From Myxococcota bacterium (lineage in GTDB: Bacteria; Myxococcota_A; UBA796; SXON01): DNA of 64,000 nucleotides. Location: positions 76,473 through 140,472 of the forward strand of contig JAZKFH010000011.1 of NCBI GenBank assembly GCA_040386535.1. Direction: 5' to 3'. Made by a program: the position numbers and the translations under genes. Numbering within the stretch: position 1 is the first letter of the stretch; every line of letters begins with the position of its first letter. Positions 22,518 to 34,568 of the stretch are shown here, in pieces. Under the pieces are notes generated by a model that was given only the letters and a program-made list of their open reading frames with translations, was not told where the DNA came from and ran no database searches.

Positions 22518-22766
22518 TTCTTCTGTCAGGGACGGGCGCGTCCCCGGCCCGAGCGCCGGGGCCGGGTGCCTGCCGGGGTCGGGCCGGAGGCCCTCCGTCG
22601 GCCCGCTGCGCGCGGGCCGGACCGGCGCGGGCCCGCGCACATCGCCGCGCCTCCGGCCGCGGCGGTGACGTGGCCCGCGCCGCCCTCTGGCCCCCTCGCG
22701 CGCAACCACCCCGAGCCTGACCATCCGGTGCGCGCGGGTCGTGCCCTGATGTGCGACGCTCCCCGG

Positions 22767-23255
22767 ATGTTCCCGTTGCTCGTTGCTGCCGCCGAAGCGT
22801 CCCGCGGCCTTACGGACCTGTGCGGTGCCGATCTCGTGGTCGTTGCCACGGTGGAGTCCCTCACCTCCGAGCGCCGCCCGAACGGCTACTTCGGCACCCT
22901 GGCCACGCTCTACGTCGACCGGATGATCGTCGGCGCCCCCGTAGCCGTGGTGCAGACGCGCTACCGGGGCGGCACCATGGACGGCGTTTCCTCCTCGGCA
23001 TCGGGGGAGCCCGTTCTCCGTCATGGCGCGCGCTACCTCCTCGTGTTCCGGAATCGCCCGGATCGCCCGTTGCCGTCGCTCGCCTCCTGGAACGAGGCCC
23101 CGATGGACATCGAGCTGCCCGACGCTGGCACCCTGCATTTCGGCTGGGACACGATGTGCGCGACGGGCCCGGTGAAATGGGCGTCGATCGATGCCTTGCG
23201 CGGCACGCTCGGGGACATGTGGACCGAGCCCGCGCCCGATCGTCCCCAACCGTAG
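22767..23255 (+). CDS. Hypothetical exported protein
   Basis: ADLVVVATVES...GGT...GEPVL..GARYLLVF pattern typical of small OB/TIMP-like secreted proteins. Start uncertain. Confidence 0.55.
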   Translation: MFPLLVAAAEASRGLTDLCGADLVVVATVESLTSERRPNGYFGTLATLYVDRMIVGAPVAVVQTRYRGGTMDGVSSSASGEPVLRHGARYLLVFRNRPDRPLPSLASWNEAPMDIELPDAGTLHFGWDTMCATGPVKWASIDALRGTLGDMWTEPAPDRPQP

Positions 23256-23311
23256 CCGCGCCGTTCCCGGAGGGCGGGACCTCCGCGACCGTCCGAGGTC
23301 GGGGGGGGATG

Positions 23312-23865
23312 TGATGCACCTCGATCGGTCACCCGCCGAACGGTACGAAGGGCTACCTGCTCGACAGGGGAGCGTCGGTGGTCGCGCGGTGCCCCAAGTT
23401 TGGCGCGTCCCGCGCGCTGAGCTCGGGGGGCGGCGTCTCAATGCCGATGCACTTCGCTCGGGAGCGACGGCCCGCCAACCGCAGGGTCATGTCCCCATGA
23501 CTGCACGCGGCACGGAGTCATGCGGGGTTGAATGCTCGAATCCAGGCGGCAAGCGCTCGCCACAGCGCGAAAAACGCCGCTTCCTCCGTAGAGGGCGCGC
23601 GGAGCGAGCCTCGAATTGGGCGTTCACGGAGGCATGACGCCGATTTAGCGGCGTTGAAGGGGCCATGACCTCGGATCTCGGCGCCCTCGTACTCGAGGGC
23701 TGCGGGAAGTGCATAGGCATGGGCGTCTCATCCGGCGACTTCGGCGCGTCCTGAAGGGGCGCCTGTTCGACAGGAGGTTCGGTGGCCGCGAGGCGGGCCA
23801 CGCATTGGCTGTTTCCTGCTTCTTCGCATGATTCAATCGCCCGAGCAGCCGATCGCCGTCCTCCT
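23312..23865. mobile_element. Composite repeat: arm A + MITE-like core (23485-23670) + arm B'
   Basis: Core matches 7363 and 41848. Arms match 42087-42237 and 41581-41742 in reverse complement. Confidence 0.75.
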
Positions 23866-24309
23866 GTGAGGTCACCCGAGTCGTGCTCGACCGCGTGGTC
23901 GGCTCCGGCCTCTGCGCGCATGGCCCCACCGACAGGAACCGATCACGCCCAGGTCGGGGGACGCACACCCACCCTCCCCGCGCAAGGGAGGCTGAAGGGG
24001 GGCGCGGGCCGCGCGGTGCCGCACGCTACGCCAGGACCAACCGCCCGCGCCCGTCGGCCGGCACGAAGCCGGCCGACTGCGAGCGCTACCGCCATTCCCT
24101 CCCGTCGCCCGCTCGTGTCTGCTGGCCGCGGCCGCGCGGCTTCCTCGGTCACAGGTCTCGACCTGCTCCCTCGTCAGCCGCACAGGCGCGCCTCAGCAGC
24201 CACTTCGCGTGCTCGGTCCGGGAATGACGGTAGCGCTCGGAGGGCCCCGGCCCGACCCCGAAAGACACCCGCCCCGCGTCCGCGCGGGGTGCGCCCACTC
24301 ACTCATACA

Positions 24310-25407
24310 TCACCCCCCCAAGAACCCCGCCACCCGCCCCTTCGCGTTCTCCCGAATGTTGGCAAAGTAGATCTGGTATTCGATCGGGTGGAAGTTGCCC
24401 GCGCCGAGCACGTGGTCGAGCACGCGGCTCGGCAGGTCGCGCGGCGCCGCGCCGATGTGGCGGATGACCAGCGTGCCGTCGACACACTGCGCGTCCGCGA
24501 AGCCGGGGCGCAGCGCGCGGTCGTCCGTCTCGAGGAACACGGCGCCGAGGTTGGCCGCGGCGGGGGCGGGCGCGCCGTCGGTGCGCCACGTGAGTGGGTT
24601 GGTACACACGCGCTCGCGCATGTCCGTGCGAAACATCTCGAAGTCGCTGGCTTGGAAGCCCTCGCCGCGGGCGTTCCAGGCGATGACACAGTGGGTGTCG
24701 GTGGGCGTCTGGCACACGGGGATGTCGGGCGCGCGCTCACGCAGCCCCTCTAGGGTCACCGGGCCGCCGATCAGCCAGGCGGCCACGAGCTGATCGCGGA
24801 GCGGGCTACCGGAGATCACCTCCTCCAGCAGGCGCTGGGCGAGGGCGGCGCCCTGGCTGTGGGCGGCGAGGATGAACGGCCGATCGGGGCCGCGCCGCGC
24901 GTTGAACGCCTCGAACGCGCGCGTGATGTCCACAAAGGAGAGGTCGCGCGCGCGGTCGCCGTCGTCGGACTGCTTCAAAAATGCGGTGCCGTTCGCCTGC
25001 CGGTACCGCGGCGCGTACACCGCACAACATCCGTTGAACGCGGTGGCTTGGATCCCCGTCGCCACCCGATCGGTGGCCTCGTTGAGCGTCGGATCGTCAG
25101 TGCCCGCGTTCCACCGGCTCCCGACGTACGACGTGGGATGTACGTAGAACACGTCGGCGGGCGCGAGCCGCTGATCGATCGGCGCCTCGCCCGTGGGCGT
25201 AGGGTCGCCCGCGTCGTCCCGGTCGGGGAGGGCGCTCCAGCTCGCCGCCAGGGTGTAGTCGGGCGCGGGGGGCGGCACCTCGGCATCGAAGGCGCCGCCG
25301 GGCGTCATCGAGGCGCGGACAAGCGGGCCGATGTTCAGCGCCACCATTCCGACGAGCCCGAGCGACACTCCCAACGCAACGAGCGCGCCGCGCCCGACCC
25401 GAGTCAC
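24310..25407 (-). CDS. DUF3089 family alpha/beta hydrolase
   Basis: DVFYVHPTSY, YAPRYRQA, PFILAAHSQG, CTNPLTW, GNFHPIEY. Confidence 0.9.
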   Translation of the reverse strand: MTRVGRGALVALGVSLGLVGMVALNIGPLVRASMTPGGAFDAEVPPPAPDYTLAASWSALPDRDDAGDPTPTGEAPIDQRLAPADVFYVHPTSYVGSRWNAGTDDPTLNEATDRVATGIQATAFNGCCAVYAPRYRQANGTAFLKQSDDGDRARDLSFVDITRAFEAFNARRGPDRPFILAAHSQGAALAQRLLEEVISGSPLRDQLVAAWLIGGPVTLEGLRERAPDIPVCQTPTDTHCVIAWNARGEGFQASDFEMFRTDMRERVCTNPLTWRTDGAPAPAAANLGAVFLETDDRALRPGFADAQCVDGTLVIRHIGAAPRDLPSRVLDHVLGAGNFHPIEYQIYFANIRENAKGRVAGFLGG

Positions 25408-26009
25408 GACGCCACCCCGCCGCGCGGCACGAACCCGAACGCCAGCGTGTCACCGATGTCCTGGAGCACCGCGTCGAAGCTGGCGCCATGGCGGAGCTTC
25501 CCCGCCCGGTGCAGCCCGATCAGGCCGTGGGTCGACGCCCAGAGCACGTGGCCGAGGCGCTCGGGGGCGAGGGTGATCAGCCCCTGGTCGAACGCCTCGC
25601 GCAGCGGGGCCTCCGCTAGGCTCCGGTACCGCGCGCTCGCTTCGTCGTGCGCCGGGCCGCCGCCGTGCGTCTCGAACACCAGGTCGTACAGCGCGGGATG
25701 CCCGAGGGCGAAACGCACGTAGGCGCGGCCGACGCCGCGGAGCCGATCCGCCACGGTCTCGCCGGCGCGGAGCGCGGCCTCGCAGTCGTCCGCGAGCCGA
25801 TGCAAGGCCGCCACCCGAACCGCGTCGATCAGGGCCTCCTTGTCGGCAAAGTAGGTGTACGGCGTCGTCCGGCTGATGCTCGCCTCGACCCCGACCCGAC
25901 GCAGGGAGCAGGCGTCCCGCCCCTCCGTGTCCACGAGGCGCAACGCAACCCCCGTGAGCCGCGCGCGCACCTCGTCCGCTTCGTTCTCGGTGATGGCACG
26001 GCCGCGCAT
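25404..26009 (-). CDS. TetR/AcrR regulator with WHG-type C-terminus
   Basis: HTH SLRRVG...TPYTYFADKEAL; YVRFALGHPALY; LWASTHGL. Confidence 0.92.
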   Translation of the reverse strand: MRGRAITENEADEVRARLTGVALRLVDTEGRDACSLRRVGVEASISRTTPYTYFADKEALIDAVRVAALHRLADDCEAALRAGETVADRLRGVGRAYVRFALGHPALYDLVFETHGGGPAHDEASARYRSLAEAPLREAFDQGLITLAPERLGHVLWASTHGLIGLHRAGKLRHGASFDAVLQDIGDTLAFGFVPRGGVAS

Positions 26010-26022
26010 GGGTTCTCTCCCA

Positions 26023-26058
26023 CGCGCAGCCTACCCCGAAGTATTTGACGGCGTCAAG
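26023..26058 (-). promoter_or_regulatory. tetR promoter with palindromic operator over the -35
   Basis: TTGACG-G-CGTCAA palindrome at 26045-26057; minus strand TTGACG-N18-TAGGCT. Confidence 0.6.
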
Positions 26059-26095
26059 TTGTTCGGGAGGGGCAGCAGACCCCCTCCCGCGGCGC

Positions 26096-26818
26096 CTACC
26101 CCAACGACCCGATCCAGCTCACCAGCTCGTCCGCGCCGCCGATGTGTTTGCCGTCCACGAACACCTGCGGGGTGGTGCGGGCGCCCGGGAGCGCGCGCAG
26201 GATGCGGGGCGACGTGGGGAGCTCGGCGTAGGTGAGGCCCTTCTCGGTGAGCGCGGCCTTGGCGCGGGCGCAGTGGCCGCAGCCCGGCTTGGTGAAGAGC
26301 ACGATGTCGTGCGGCGTGTCACCGCCGAGGTAGCCGAGCATGGTGTCGGCATCGGACACCTGGAAGGGGTCGCCCGCCACGTCGGGCTCGATGAACATCT
26401 TCTCGATGACACCGTCGCGCACGAGCATCGAGTAGCGCCACGAGCGCTTGCCGAACCCGAGGTTGTCCTTGCCGACGAGCAGGCCCATCTTCTCGGTGAA
26501 CTCGCCGTTTCCGTCGGGCACGAACGTGATGCGGTCGGCCTTCTGGTCCTGCTTCCACGCGTCCATGACGAAACAATCGTTCACGGACACGCAGAGGATG
26601 TCGTCCACGCCACGCGCGGCGAACGTGTCGAACAGCTCGTTGTAGCGGGGCACGTGCGCGCTGGAGCAGGTGGGGGTGAACGCGCCGGGGAGGGCGAACA
26701 CGACCACCGACTTGCCGGCGAACAACTCCTGGGTGCTGACGTCCTTCCAATTCCCGTCCACGCGGGTGTGGAAGGTGGCGTCGGGGATCTTCTGGCCTTC
26801 ACGGTTCTCGAGCGACAT
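26096..26818 (-). CDS. Peroxiredoxin-glutaredoxin hybrid (PGdx/Prx5-Grx)
   Basis: LPGAFTPTCSSAHVP, SVNDCFVM, GFGKRSWRYSM, Grx CGHC and TTPQVF. Confidence 0.95.
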   Translation of the reverse strand: MSLENREGQKIPDATFHTRVDGNWKDVSTQELFAGKSVVVFALPGAFTPTCSSAHVPRYNELFDTFAARGVDDILCVSVNDCFVMDAWKQDQKADRITFVPDGNGEFTEKMGLLVGKDNLGFGKRSWRYSMLVRDGVIEKMFIEPDVAGDPFQVSDADTMLGYLGGDTPHDIVLFTKPGCGHCARAKAALTEKGLTYAELPTSPRILRALPGARTTPQVFVDGKHIGGADELVSWIGSLG

Positions 26819-26844
26819 GATTGTCTCCTTGGGCTGTTTGACAG

Positions 26845-28299
26845 CTAGCTATTGGTAGAGTTGGATTGGGTGGCGATGGTTTGGGAAGCGGTCGCCTTCG
26901 AAGCGAGGAGCTGGGCGGAGGCGTCGCGGAGGGCGGTACGCAGCCCCTCCTCGATCACCGGGTGATAAAATGGCATCGCCAGCATCTGGTCGATGGTGAG
27001 CTGCTGCTGGTGGGACCAGGCGAGCAGGTGCGCCAGGTGCTCGGCGCGCGGGGCGACCATCTCGGCCCCGAGCAGGCGGCCGGTGGCACGGTCGGCGTAC
27101 ACGTTCAGGCGGCCGCGGTTCTGGCGCATGACCCGCGCGCGGCCTTGGTCGTCGAATGACACGCGGCCGACGATCGGCTCGCGGTCCTTCACCTGGTCCC
27201 AACTCTGGCCGATCATGGCGATGTTGGGATCGGTGAACACCACCGAGAGCGGCGACCGGCGGTGGCCCGGGGCCACGTTGGGGAACCGGGCGGCGTTCTC
27301 CCCGGCGATGCGCCCCTCGTCGGCGGCCTCGTGGAGCACGGGCACATCCGCGTTCGCGTCGCCCGCGAGGAAGATGTGGCTGGTGCCCGCCTGCATCGTC
27401 TCCGGGTCGTACACGGGCACGCGGCGTTTATCGAGCACCAGGGTGGTGTTCTCCAGCCCGAGCCGGTCGACGTTGGGCGTGCGCCCGGTGGCGGCGAGCA
27501 CGTAGGCGAACACCTCGCTGCGGAGCTCGTTGTCCAGCTCCCAGGTGACACGCACGCCGTCGGCCACGCGCTCGACGTGGCGCACCGTGGCGTCCGGGAG
27601 CAGCGGGAACTCGGCGTCGAGCACGCTCCGCGCGGTCTCGCGCACCTCGGGGTCGGACAGCGGCCCGACGAAGCCGCCGACGCCGAACATCCGCACGCGC
27701 ACGCCGAGGCGGTGCAGCGCCTGCCCGAGCTCCAGGCCGATGACGCCGGGGCCGAACACCGCGACGGACTCGGGCAGCTCCGTCCAGTCGAACACATCGT
27801 CGTTCACGATGAGGCGGTCGCCCGCGGCCTCGAGGAACGGGAACACGCGGGGGCGCGAGCCGGTGGCGAGGACGATGCTGCGCGCCTCGACGACACAGCC
27901 GCCGTCGGAGGGATCGCCCACCTCGAGGCGGTGGTCGTCCAGGAACGTGGCGCGGCCTAGCAGGCGGTGCTGGCTGGGGAAGTGCTCGACCGTGTCGACG
28001 ACGAAGCCGACGAACCGGTCGCGTTCGGCGCGCACCCGCGCCATCACCCGGGCGCCGTCGACCCGCGCGTCCGGCACGTCCACGCCGAACGCGCGGGCGT
28101 GTTGCGCGCTGTGGGCGGCGTCGGCCGCGGCGATGAGCAGCTTGCTGGGCATGCAGCCCACGCGGGCGCAGGTGGTGCCGTACGCCTCGGCTTCGATGAG
28201 CAGCACCCGATCGGTGACGGCGGCGGCCGCGCGGTAGGCGGCCATTCCGGCGGTGCCGGCGCCCAGGATGGCGACATCGACCTGGCGAATGGGGTTCAT
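26845..28299 (-). CDS. Dihydrolipoyl dehydrogenase-like flavoprotein disulfide reductase
   Basis: GAGTAG, GTTCARVGCMPSK, GPGVIGLE, ATGRTPN, YHPVIEEG; GAGAGG RBS before ATG 28299. Confidence 0.92.
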   Translation of the reverse strand: MNPIRQVDVAILGAGTAGMAAYRAAAAVTDRVLLIEAEAYGTTCARVGCMPSKLLIAAADAAHSAQHARAFGVDVPDARVDGARVMARVRAERDRFVGFVVDTVEHFPSQHRLLGRATFLDDHRLEVGDPSDGGCVVEARSIVLATGSRPRVFPFLEAAGDRLIVNDDVFDWTELPESVAVFGPGVIGLELGQALHRLGVRVRMFGVGGFVGPLSDPEVRETARSVLDAEFPLLPDATVRHVERVADGVRVTWELDNELRSEVFAYVLAATGRTPNVDRLGLENTTLVLDKRRVPVYDPETMQAGTSHIFLAGDANADVPVLHEAADEGRIAGENAARFPNVAPGHRRSPLSVVFTDPNIAMIGQSWDQVKDREPIVGRVSFDDQGRARVMRQNRGRLNVYADRATGRLLGAEMVAPRAEHLAHLLAWSHQQQLTIDQMLAMPFYHPVIEEGLRTALRDASAQLLASKATASQTIATQSNSTNS

Positions 28300-28322
28300 G
28301 AATCCTCTCTGCGGCAACGTAT

Positions 28323-28338
28323 TGCAGGCCGCGTGCCA
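28323..28338 (-). promoter_or_regulatory. sigma54 (-24/-12) promoter for the reductase-Prx/Grx operon
   Basis: Minus strand TGGCACGCGGCCTGCA (GG-N10-GC), about 24 nt upstream of the ATG. Confidence 0.8.
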
Positions 28339-28399
28339 CCCCCGCTGCGTCCATGAAAGGCTGCTTTTCATCACCGCGGTGCACACGATAGCGACATGC

Positions 28400-28417
28400 C
28401 GTTGTCCGCGGACAACG
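28400..28417. promoter_or_regulatory. Perfect 18-bp palindrome, candidate upstream activator site
   Basis: CGTTGTCCGCGGACAACG between the divergent genes. Confidence 0.55.
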
Positions 28418-28457
28418 AAATATCGTCACGGCAACGACATCACGTTAGGAGCGGGGC

Positions 28458-30005
<1,548 letters not shown>

Positions 30006-30081
30006 CGGGGGCCGGAGGGCGGAGGGGGTCGGACCTTACGACTTACCACCTACGACAGGCGAACGCCGCGAATCCAGCACT

Positions 30082-30169
30082 GGGGTCTGACCTTACGACT
30101 TATCACTTGGCGCCTACGCACGAACGCCGGGAATCTGCGCTCAAGTGATAAGTGATGAGGTCAGACCCC
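30082..30169. repeat. Long intergenic inverted repeat (REP-like)
   Basis: GGGGTCTGACCT..ACTTATCACTTG ... CAAGTGATAAGT..AGGTCAGACCCC; degenerate half-copy at about 30025. Confidence 0.75.
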
Positions 30170-30391
30170 GTCCGGTGCCTTCCTCCCCTCGTGGGGCGGT
30201 CCACTTCGCCCTGGCGGACGTGCCTGCCTGTCGCACGATCACGCTGCCACGCGTCGGTGGGGTCGGCGCCCTTGCAGCCGGGTCCGCTGGTGGGGCCCCC
30301 CTGGGGGGGACCAGCGGGGGCCCCGGCTGCGGTTCTGGGCGCCGTCCCTTCCGACGCCCCAAGACCCAGGGTCACCGGTTAGACCGCCCCG

Positions 30392-31348
30392 ATGCACCTC
30401 GTCCTCGGTTCCACCGGCGGCTTCGGCGGCGCGATGGTCCGCGCCCTCCTCGCGCGGGGCCAGTCCGTCCGCGCCCTCGTCCGCGACCCCGCGCGCGCCC
30501 GCCTCCCCGACGGCGTGCAGGTCGTCAAGGGCGACGCGATGCGCCTCCCCGACGTGCTCGCCGCCGCCGAGGGTTGCGCCAGCGTCGTCCACGGGATCAA
30601 CCTCCCGTACGCCGAGTGGGACCCCGGCATGATCACGTCCACCCACAACGTGATCGCGGCCGCCAAGGAGGCCGGCGCCACCATCGTCTTCCCCGGCAAC
30701 ATCTACGGGCTCAAGCCGATCTACGAGGTGCCGCTCCCTCCCAACTCCCCCACGTTGGACCACAACGATCGCCCCAACCGGAAGGGCGCGCTGCGCAACC
30801 TCCTGGAGGAGACCCTCGCGCACAACGCCGAGGTGGGCGAGGCCCGCACCCTCATCGTGCGCGCGGGCGACTTCTACGGCCCCGGCGTCGACAACGGCCT
30901 GGTCGGGCCGATGTTCCGCAACGCGCTCGCCGGCAAGCCCATCCCCTGGTTCGGCGCCGTCGAGACCGGCCACGCCTTCACCTCCGTCGACGACATCGCC
31001 ACCGTCGCCACCGGCCTCCTCCTCCAAGCCGACCGCCCGCTGCTCGACATCGTGGCCGTCGCCGGCGACCACTACCCGAGCGCCGCCGCGTGGGCCGGCG
31101 CCCTGGCCAAGGCCGCGGGCCAGCCCAGCCTCGGCGTCGAGCGCGTCGCCGGCTGGAAGGTGCGGCTGATGGGCCTCGTCGACCGCCAGGCCCGCGAGTT
31201 CGCCGAGCTCCTCTACCAGTGGGACGGCGCCATGCTCCTCGACGACACCCGCGTCCGCCGCGGCCTCCCCGACTGGACGCCCACGCCGGCCGCCGACTCG
31301 TTGGCCGCCACGATGGCGTGGTACCGCGCCAACCCCGCCGCGAGATGA
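30392..31348 (+). CDS. NAD-dependent epimerase/dehydratase (atypical SDR)
   Basis: [27 protein letters not shown]...[11 protein letters not shown]. Confidence 0.9.
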   Translation: MHLVLGSTGGFGGAMVRALLARGQSVRALVRDPARARLPDGVQVVKGDAMRLPDVLAAAEGCASVVHGINLPYAEWDPGMITSTHNVIAAAKEAGATIVFPGNIYGLKPIYEVPLPPNSPTLDHNDRPNRKGALRNLLEETLAHNAEVGEARTLIVRAGDFYGPGVDNGLVGPMFRNALAGKPIPWFGAVETGHAFTSVDDIATVATGLLLQADRPLLDIVAVAGDHYPSAAAWAGALAKAAGQPSLGVERVAGWKVRLMGLVDRQAREFAELLYQWDGAMLLDDTRVRRGLPDWTPTPAADSLAATMAWYRANPAAR

Positions 31349-31806
31349 GCACCCCTCCCACCGAAGACCCCGCCCAGGACCCCTGGGAGGCCCGCCTCGC
31401 CGCCGCGCGCGATCGCCTCGCCCCCGCGCTGCTGCTCGCGGGCGAGTGGGTCGGCGAGGGCCATGCCCACGGCGAGCCCGTCACCGGGCGCCTCCGCGTG
31501 CGCCCGATCCTCGACGGCACCGCGCTCGAGGTGTGGGAGCAGGTCGGCGGCCACGAGGACCTGTGCGTCTACCGCTACGACGCCGACAACCAGCAGCTCG
31601 AAGTGGTCCACCTCATGCCCGGCGCGCTCGCCATCCACCCCGTCGAGCTCACCCTCGACGGCCTGGTGTGGGTCACCCCGCCCAGCCAACCCACCGTCGT
31701 GTGGACCAACCGCGGCACCGTCGGCGGCACCCCGGTCGTCGACAGCGAGGTCGTGTGGCCCGGCCAGCGAATCGCCGAGGTCAAACTCACGTATCGGCGG
31801 GTGTAG
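31345..31806 (+). CDS. Calycin/nitrobindin-like beta-barrel protein
   Basis: ATGA overlap with the SDR gene; [15 protein letters not shown] motif; beta-rich; ends TYRRV. Confidence 0.65.
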   Translation: MSTPPTEDPAQDPWEARLAAARDRLAPALLLAGEWVGEGHAHGEPVTGRLRVRPILDGTALEVWEQVGGHEDLCVYRYDADNQQLEVVHLMPGALAIHPVELTLDGLVWVTPPSQPTVVWTNRGTVGGTPVVDSEVVWPGQRIAEVKLTYRRV

Positions 31807-31989
31807 GGGCGCCCGTTCGACGCCCGGAGCTGGGCAGACGGACGGCGGAGGACCGCCGCCGCTGCGGAGCGGGGCGGGCGGGTTCGCCCCACGGGTGATC
31901 CTGGCGCCGGCCTGGGCGCCGGCGCCTGCCTGGGCGCGGGCGCGGTCCTCGACGAGATCCGCTCCCGCGGGCAGCTCGTCGCAACGCAA

Positions 31990-32183
31990 CGGCAACAACT
32001 CGGGGCCTCGCGATCGAGCCCCCGAGTTGTTGCCGCTTCGGCGGCGCCGCGCGGTCATGCAAAACGGTCCAACGCCGGGAATGTGAGCGTCGTGACCGCG
32101 GCGGCCCTCGCGGACCCCCTCGAGCGGCAACAACTGCGGCAAGAACTCGGGGCCTCGCGATCGAGCCCCCGAGTTGTTGCCGC
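31990..32183. repeat. Two copies of a ~46-bp hairpin
   Basis: CGGCAACAACTCGGGG-CCTCGCGATCGAG-CCCCCGAGTTGTTGCCG at 31990 and 32136. Confidence 0.85.
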
Positions 32184-32250
32184 TCGCGCGGGACCGCGCG
32201 CTGGGCGCGACTTCCCCTCGGGCTCCCCCTTCGAGCGCCACCCTACAGCC

Positions 32251-32423
32251 GCGTCATCTCGGGCCCCAGATACTCTGTCTACCCCCCAGGATGACGCCTC
32301 CAACGCTCCTTTCGCGTCATCTCGGGGCCCAGATGCCCGTATCCACCCCCCGAGATGACGCCCGCGCGGCCACACGGTGTCATCTCGGGCCCCAGATACT
32401 CCATCCATCCCCCAGGATGACGC
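32251..32423. repeat. Three palindromic units, 63-bp period
   Basis: GCGTCATCTCGGG.CCCAGAT...CCC.GATGACGC; partial inverted copy at about 13550. Confidence 0.8.
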
Positions 32424-32430
32424 TGGACCG

Positions 32431-32630
32431 GTGTCCAGCAACGCCGAACCTGCCGGTCAGGTGGCGCGTTGCTGGACGTGGCGTCCAGCAACGCCGAACC
32501 TGCCGGCCAGGTGGCGCGTTGCAGGACGTGGCGTCCAGCAACGCCGGACCTGCCGGCCAGGTGTCGCGTTGCTGGACGTGGCGTCCAGCAACGCCGGACC
32601 TGCCCGCCAGGTCGCGCGTTGCTGGACATG
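32431..32630. repeat. Four tandem 50-bp palindromic units
   Basis: GTCCAGCAACGCCG(A/G)ACCTGCCGGCCAGGT..CGCGTTGCTGGAC at 32431, 32481, 32531, 32581. Confidence 0.9.
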
Positions 32631-32917
32631 GCGACCTCGCCGTTGCGTCGGCACGCCGCGCGCCTACGCTCCCGCCCACGCCCACGCCCACGCCCACGCC
32701 CACGCCCACGCTCACCCCCGCGCCCCCAAGCCCCCCCGCGCCAGGCGCCCGGAGGTCGGCCGCCCGCCTCGGGCGGCCGGTCCCCGCCGCCTCGGCGGGA
32801 CCAAGCGGCTCCGCCGCGCGACCGCAGGGGGCCGACGGGGCCGCGTCCGCGCGGCCCCGGGGCGCCCAGCACCCCCGCCCCCGCGTTAGGGCCCGCGTCC
32901 CGCCCCGCGAGGTCCCC

Positions 32918-33973
32918 CTGCCCGGAAACACCTTCGGTCAACGCTTCCGAATCACGACGTTCGGCGAGAGCCACGGCGCCGGCCTCGGGGTGGTGATCGA
33001 CGGGGTGCCCGCCGGCTTCGCCCTCGATCTCGCCGCGATCGACCGGGAGCTTTCGCGCCGCCGCCCCGGTCAGAGCGCGCTGACCACGCCGCGCAAGGAG
33101 GGCGACGCCGTCGAGGTGCTCTCGGGCCTGTTCGAGGGGCGCACGCTCGGGTCGCCGCTCACGCTGCTGTTCCGCAACGTCGACGCCGACGCCCGCGCCT
33201 ACGCGCCGTTCAAGGACCTGTACCGGCCGTCCCACGCCGACTTCACCACGCAGGCGAAGTACGGCCATCGCGACTGGCGCGGCGGCGGGCGGGCGAGCGC
33301 GCGGGAGACGGTCGCGCGGGTCGCCGCCGGCGCCGTGGCCCGCCAACTGATCGCGCCCATCGAGATCGTGGCGTGGGTGCACCGGGTGGGCGACGTCGAG
33401 GGGCCCGACCTCTGGGACGTCGACGCCGCCGCGATCGAGGGCAACCCCGTGCGCGCCCACCCCGACGCCGCCGCCGCGATGGAGGCCCTCATCCGCGCGG
33501 TCCGCGCCGACGGCGACACCATCGGCGGCGTCATCCGCGCCGTGTGCCGCAACGTGCCCGTGGGCCTCGGCGAGCCCGTGTTCGACAAGCTCGAGGCCGA
33601 CCTCGCCAAGGCGATGTTGTCGCTCCCCGCGGCCAAGGGCTTCGAGTCGGGCAGCGGCTACGCCGGCACGCGCCTGCGCGGCTCCCAACACAACGACACG
33701 TTCGTGCCGGGTCCGAACGGTGTACCAATCACGACGACCAACCGCTCCGGCGGCATCCAGGGCGGCATCAGCAACGGCATGCCGGTCACGTTCACGGTCG
33801 CGTTCAAGCCGGTCGCGACGATCTTCCAGCCCCAGGCCACGGTCGACGTGCACAACCAGCCCGCCACGCTCACCCCGCGCGGCCGCCACGATCCGTGCGT
33901 GTTGCCGCGCGCCGTCCCCATCGTGGAGGCGATGGCGGCGATCGTGCTGGCCGATCACGTACTGCGCGCGTGA
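32918..33973 (+). CDS. aroC: Chorismate synthase
   Basis: [60 protein letters not shown]. Apparent CTG start. Confidence 0.96.
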   Translation: MPGNTFGQRFRITTFGESHGAGLGVVIDGVPAGFALDLAAIDRELSRRRPGQSALTTPRKEGDAVEVLSGLFEGRTLGSPLTLLFRNVDADARAYAPFKDLYRPSHADFTTQAKYGHRDWRGGGRASARETVARVAAGAVARQLIAPIEIVAWVHRVGDVEGPDLWDVDAAAIEGNPVRAHPDAAAAMEALIRAVRADGDTIGGVIRAVCRNVPVGLGEPVFDKLEADLAKAMLSLPAAKGFESGSGYAGTRLRGSQHNDTFVPGPNGVPITTTNRSGGIQGGISNGMPVTFTVAFKPVATIFQPQATVDVHNQPATLTPRGRHDPCVLPRAVPIVEAMAAIVLADHVLRA

Positions 33974-33983
33974 CCGCCGGGCG

Positions 33984-34568
33984 TCAGCCCCCCGAGACGA
34001 AGTTCAGCACGGTCGTCGCGCCGCCGTCGGCCGACCAGAACAGGTGCAGCCGGCGCAGGCCCTCCGGGTCGGCGCCCACGGACACGTTCAGCTTGTTGGC
34101 GCCCGCCGGGGGCGTCGGGAGCCCGTCCGCCACGGATTCTTTCGGCAAGGTCTCCCAGACGTCGACCTGCTCGAGCTCGGTCGAGCCGCGCTCGGGGGTG
34201 CGCGCGCGCACGTCCACCACGAGGTCCACCCCGGCGGCTTCCGACCACACCGCCAGCGTGATGGGCACCTCGACCACATCGTCGCACGCGGGCTGGAGCT
34301 CGAACGTGGTGCTGGCGAACGGGTCCCCGCGCCCATGTTTCGTCCGGTCGTGGAACACCGCCGGACCGTCGCCACGCGCCACCGTCAGCTCCACGTCGAA
34401 CGGCGCGCCCGCATCGTCGTTCGCCACGAGCGCCCGCGTGCCCACGAGCACGCCCGCCACGTCCGCGGCGGTGAACGTGAACTCGCCGAGCGGCGCGTCA
34501 TCCGCCACGTCGGAGGTCACGAGCTCGCATTCGTCGGAGCCACACGCCAACAGGGCAAGGAGGAGCAT
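33984..34568 (-). CDS. Lipoprotein, unknown function
   Basis: MLLLALLAC lipobox; GC3-biased frame. Confidence 0.75.
   Translation of the reverse strand: MLLLALLACGSDECELVTSDVADDAPLGEFTFTAADVAGVLVGTRALVANDDAGAPFDVELTVARGDGPAVFHDRTKHGRGDPFASTTFELQPACDDVVEVPITLAVWSEAAGVDLVVDVRARTPERGSTELEQVDVWETLPKESVADGLPTPPAGANKLNVSVGADPEGLRRLHLFWSADGGATTVLNFVSGG

Noticed and set aside
32174..32917. Long N-terminal extension of AroC (likewise the track extensions of TldD, CBS, esterase and PLD)
   Set aside because: Translated repeats or stop-poor GC-rich DNA; family homology begins at the internal starts.
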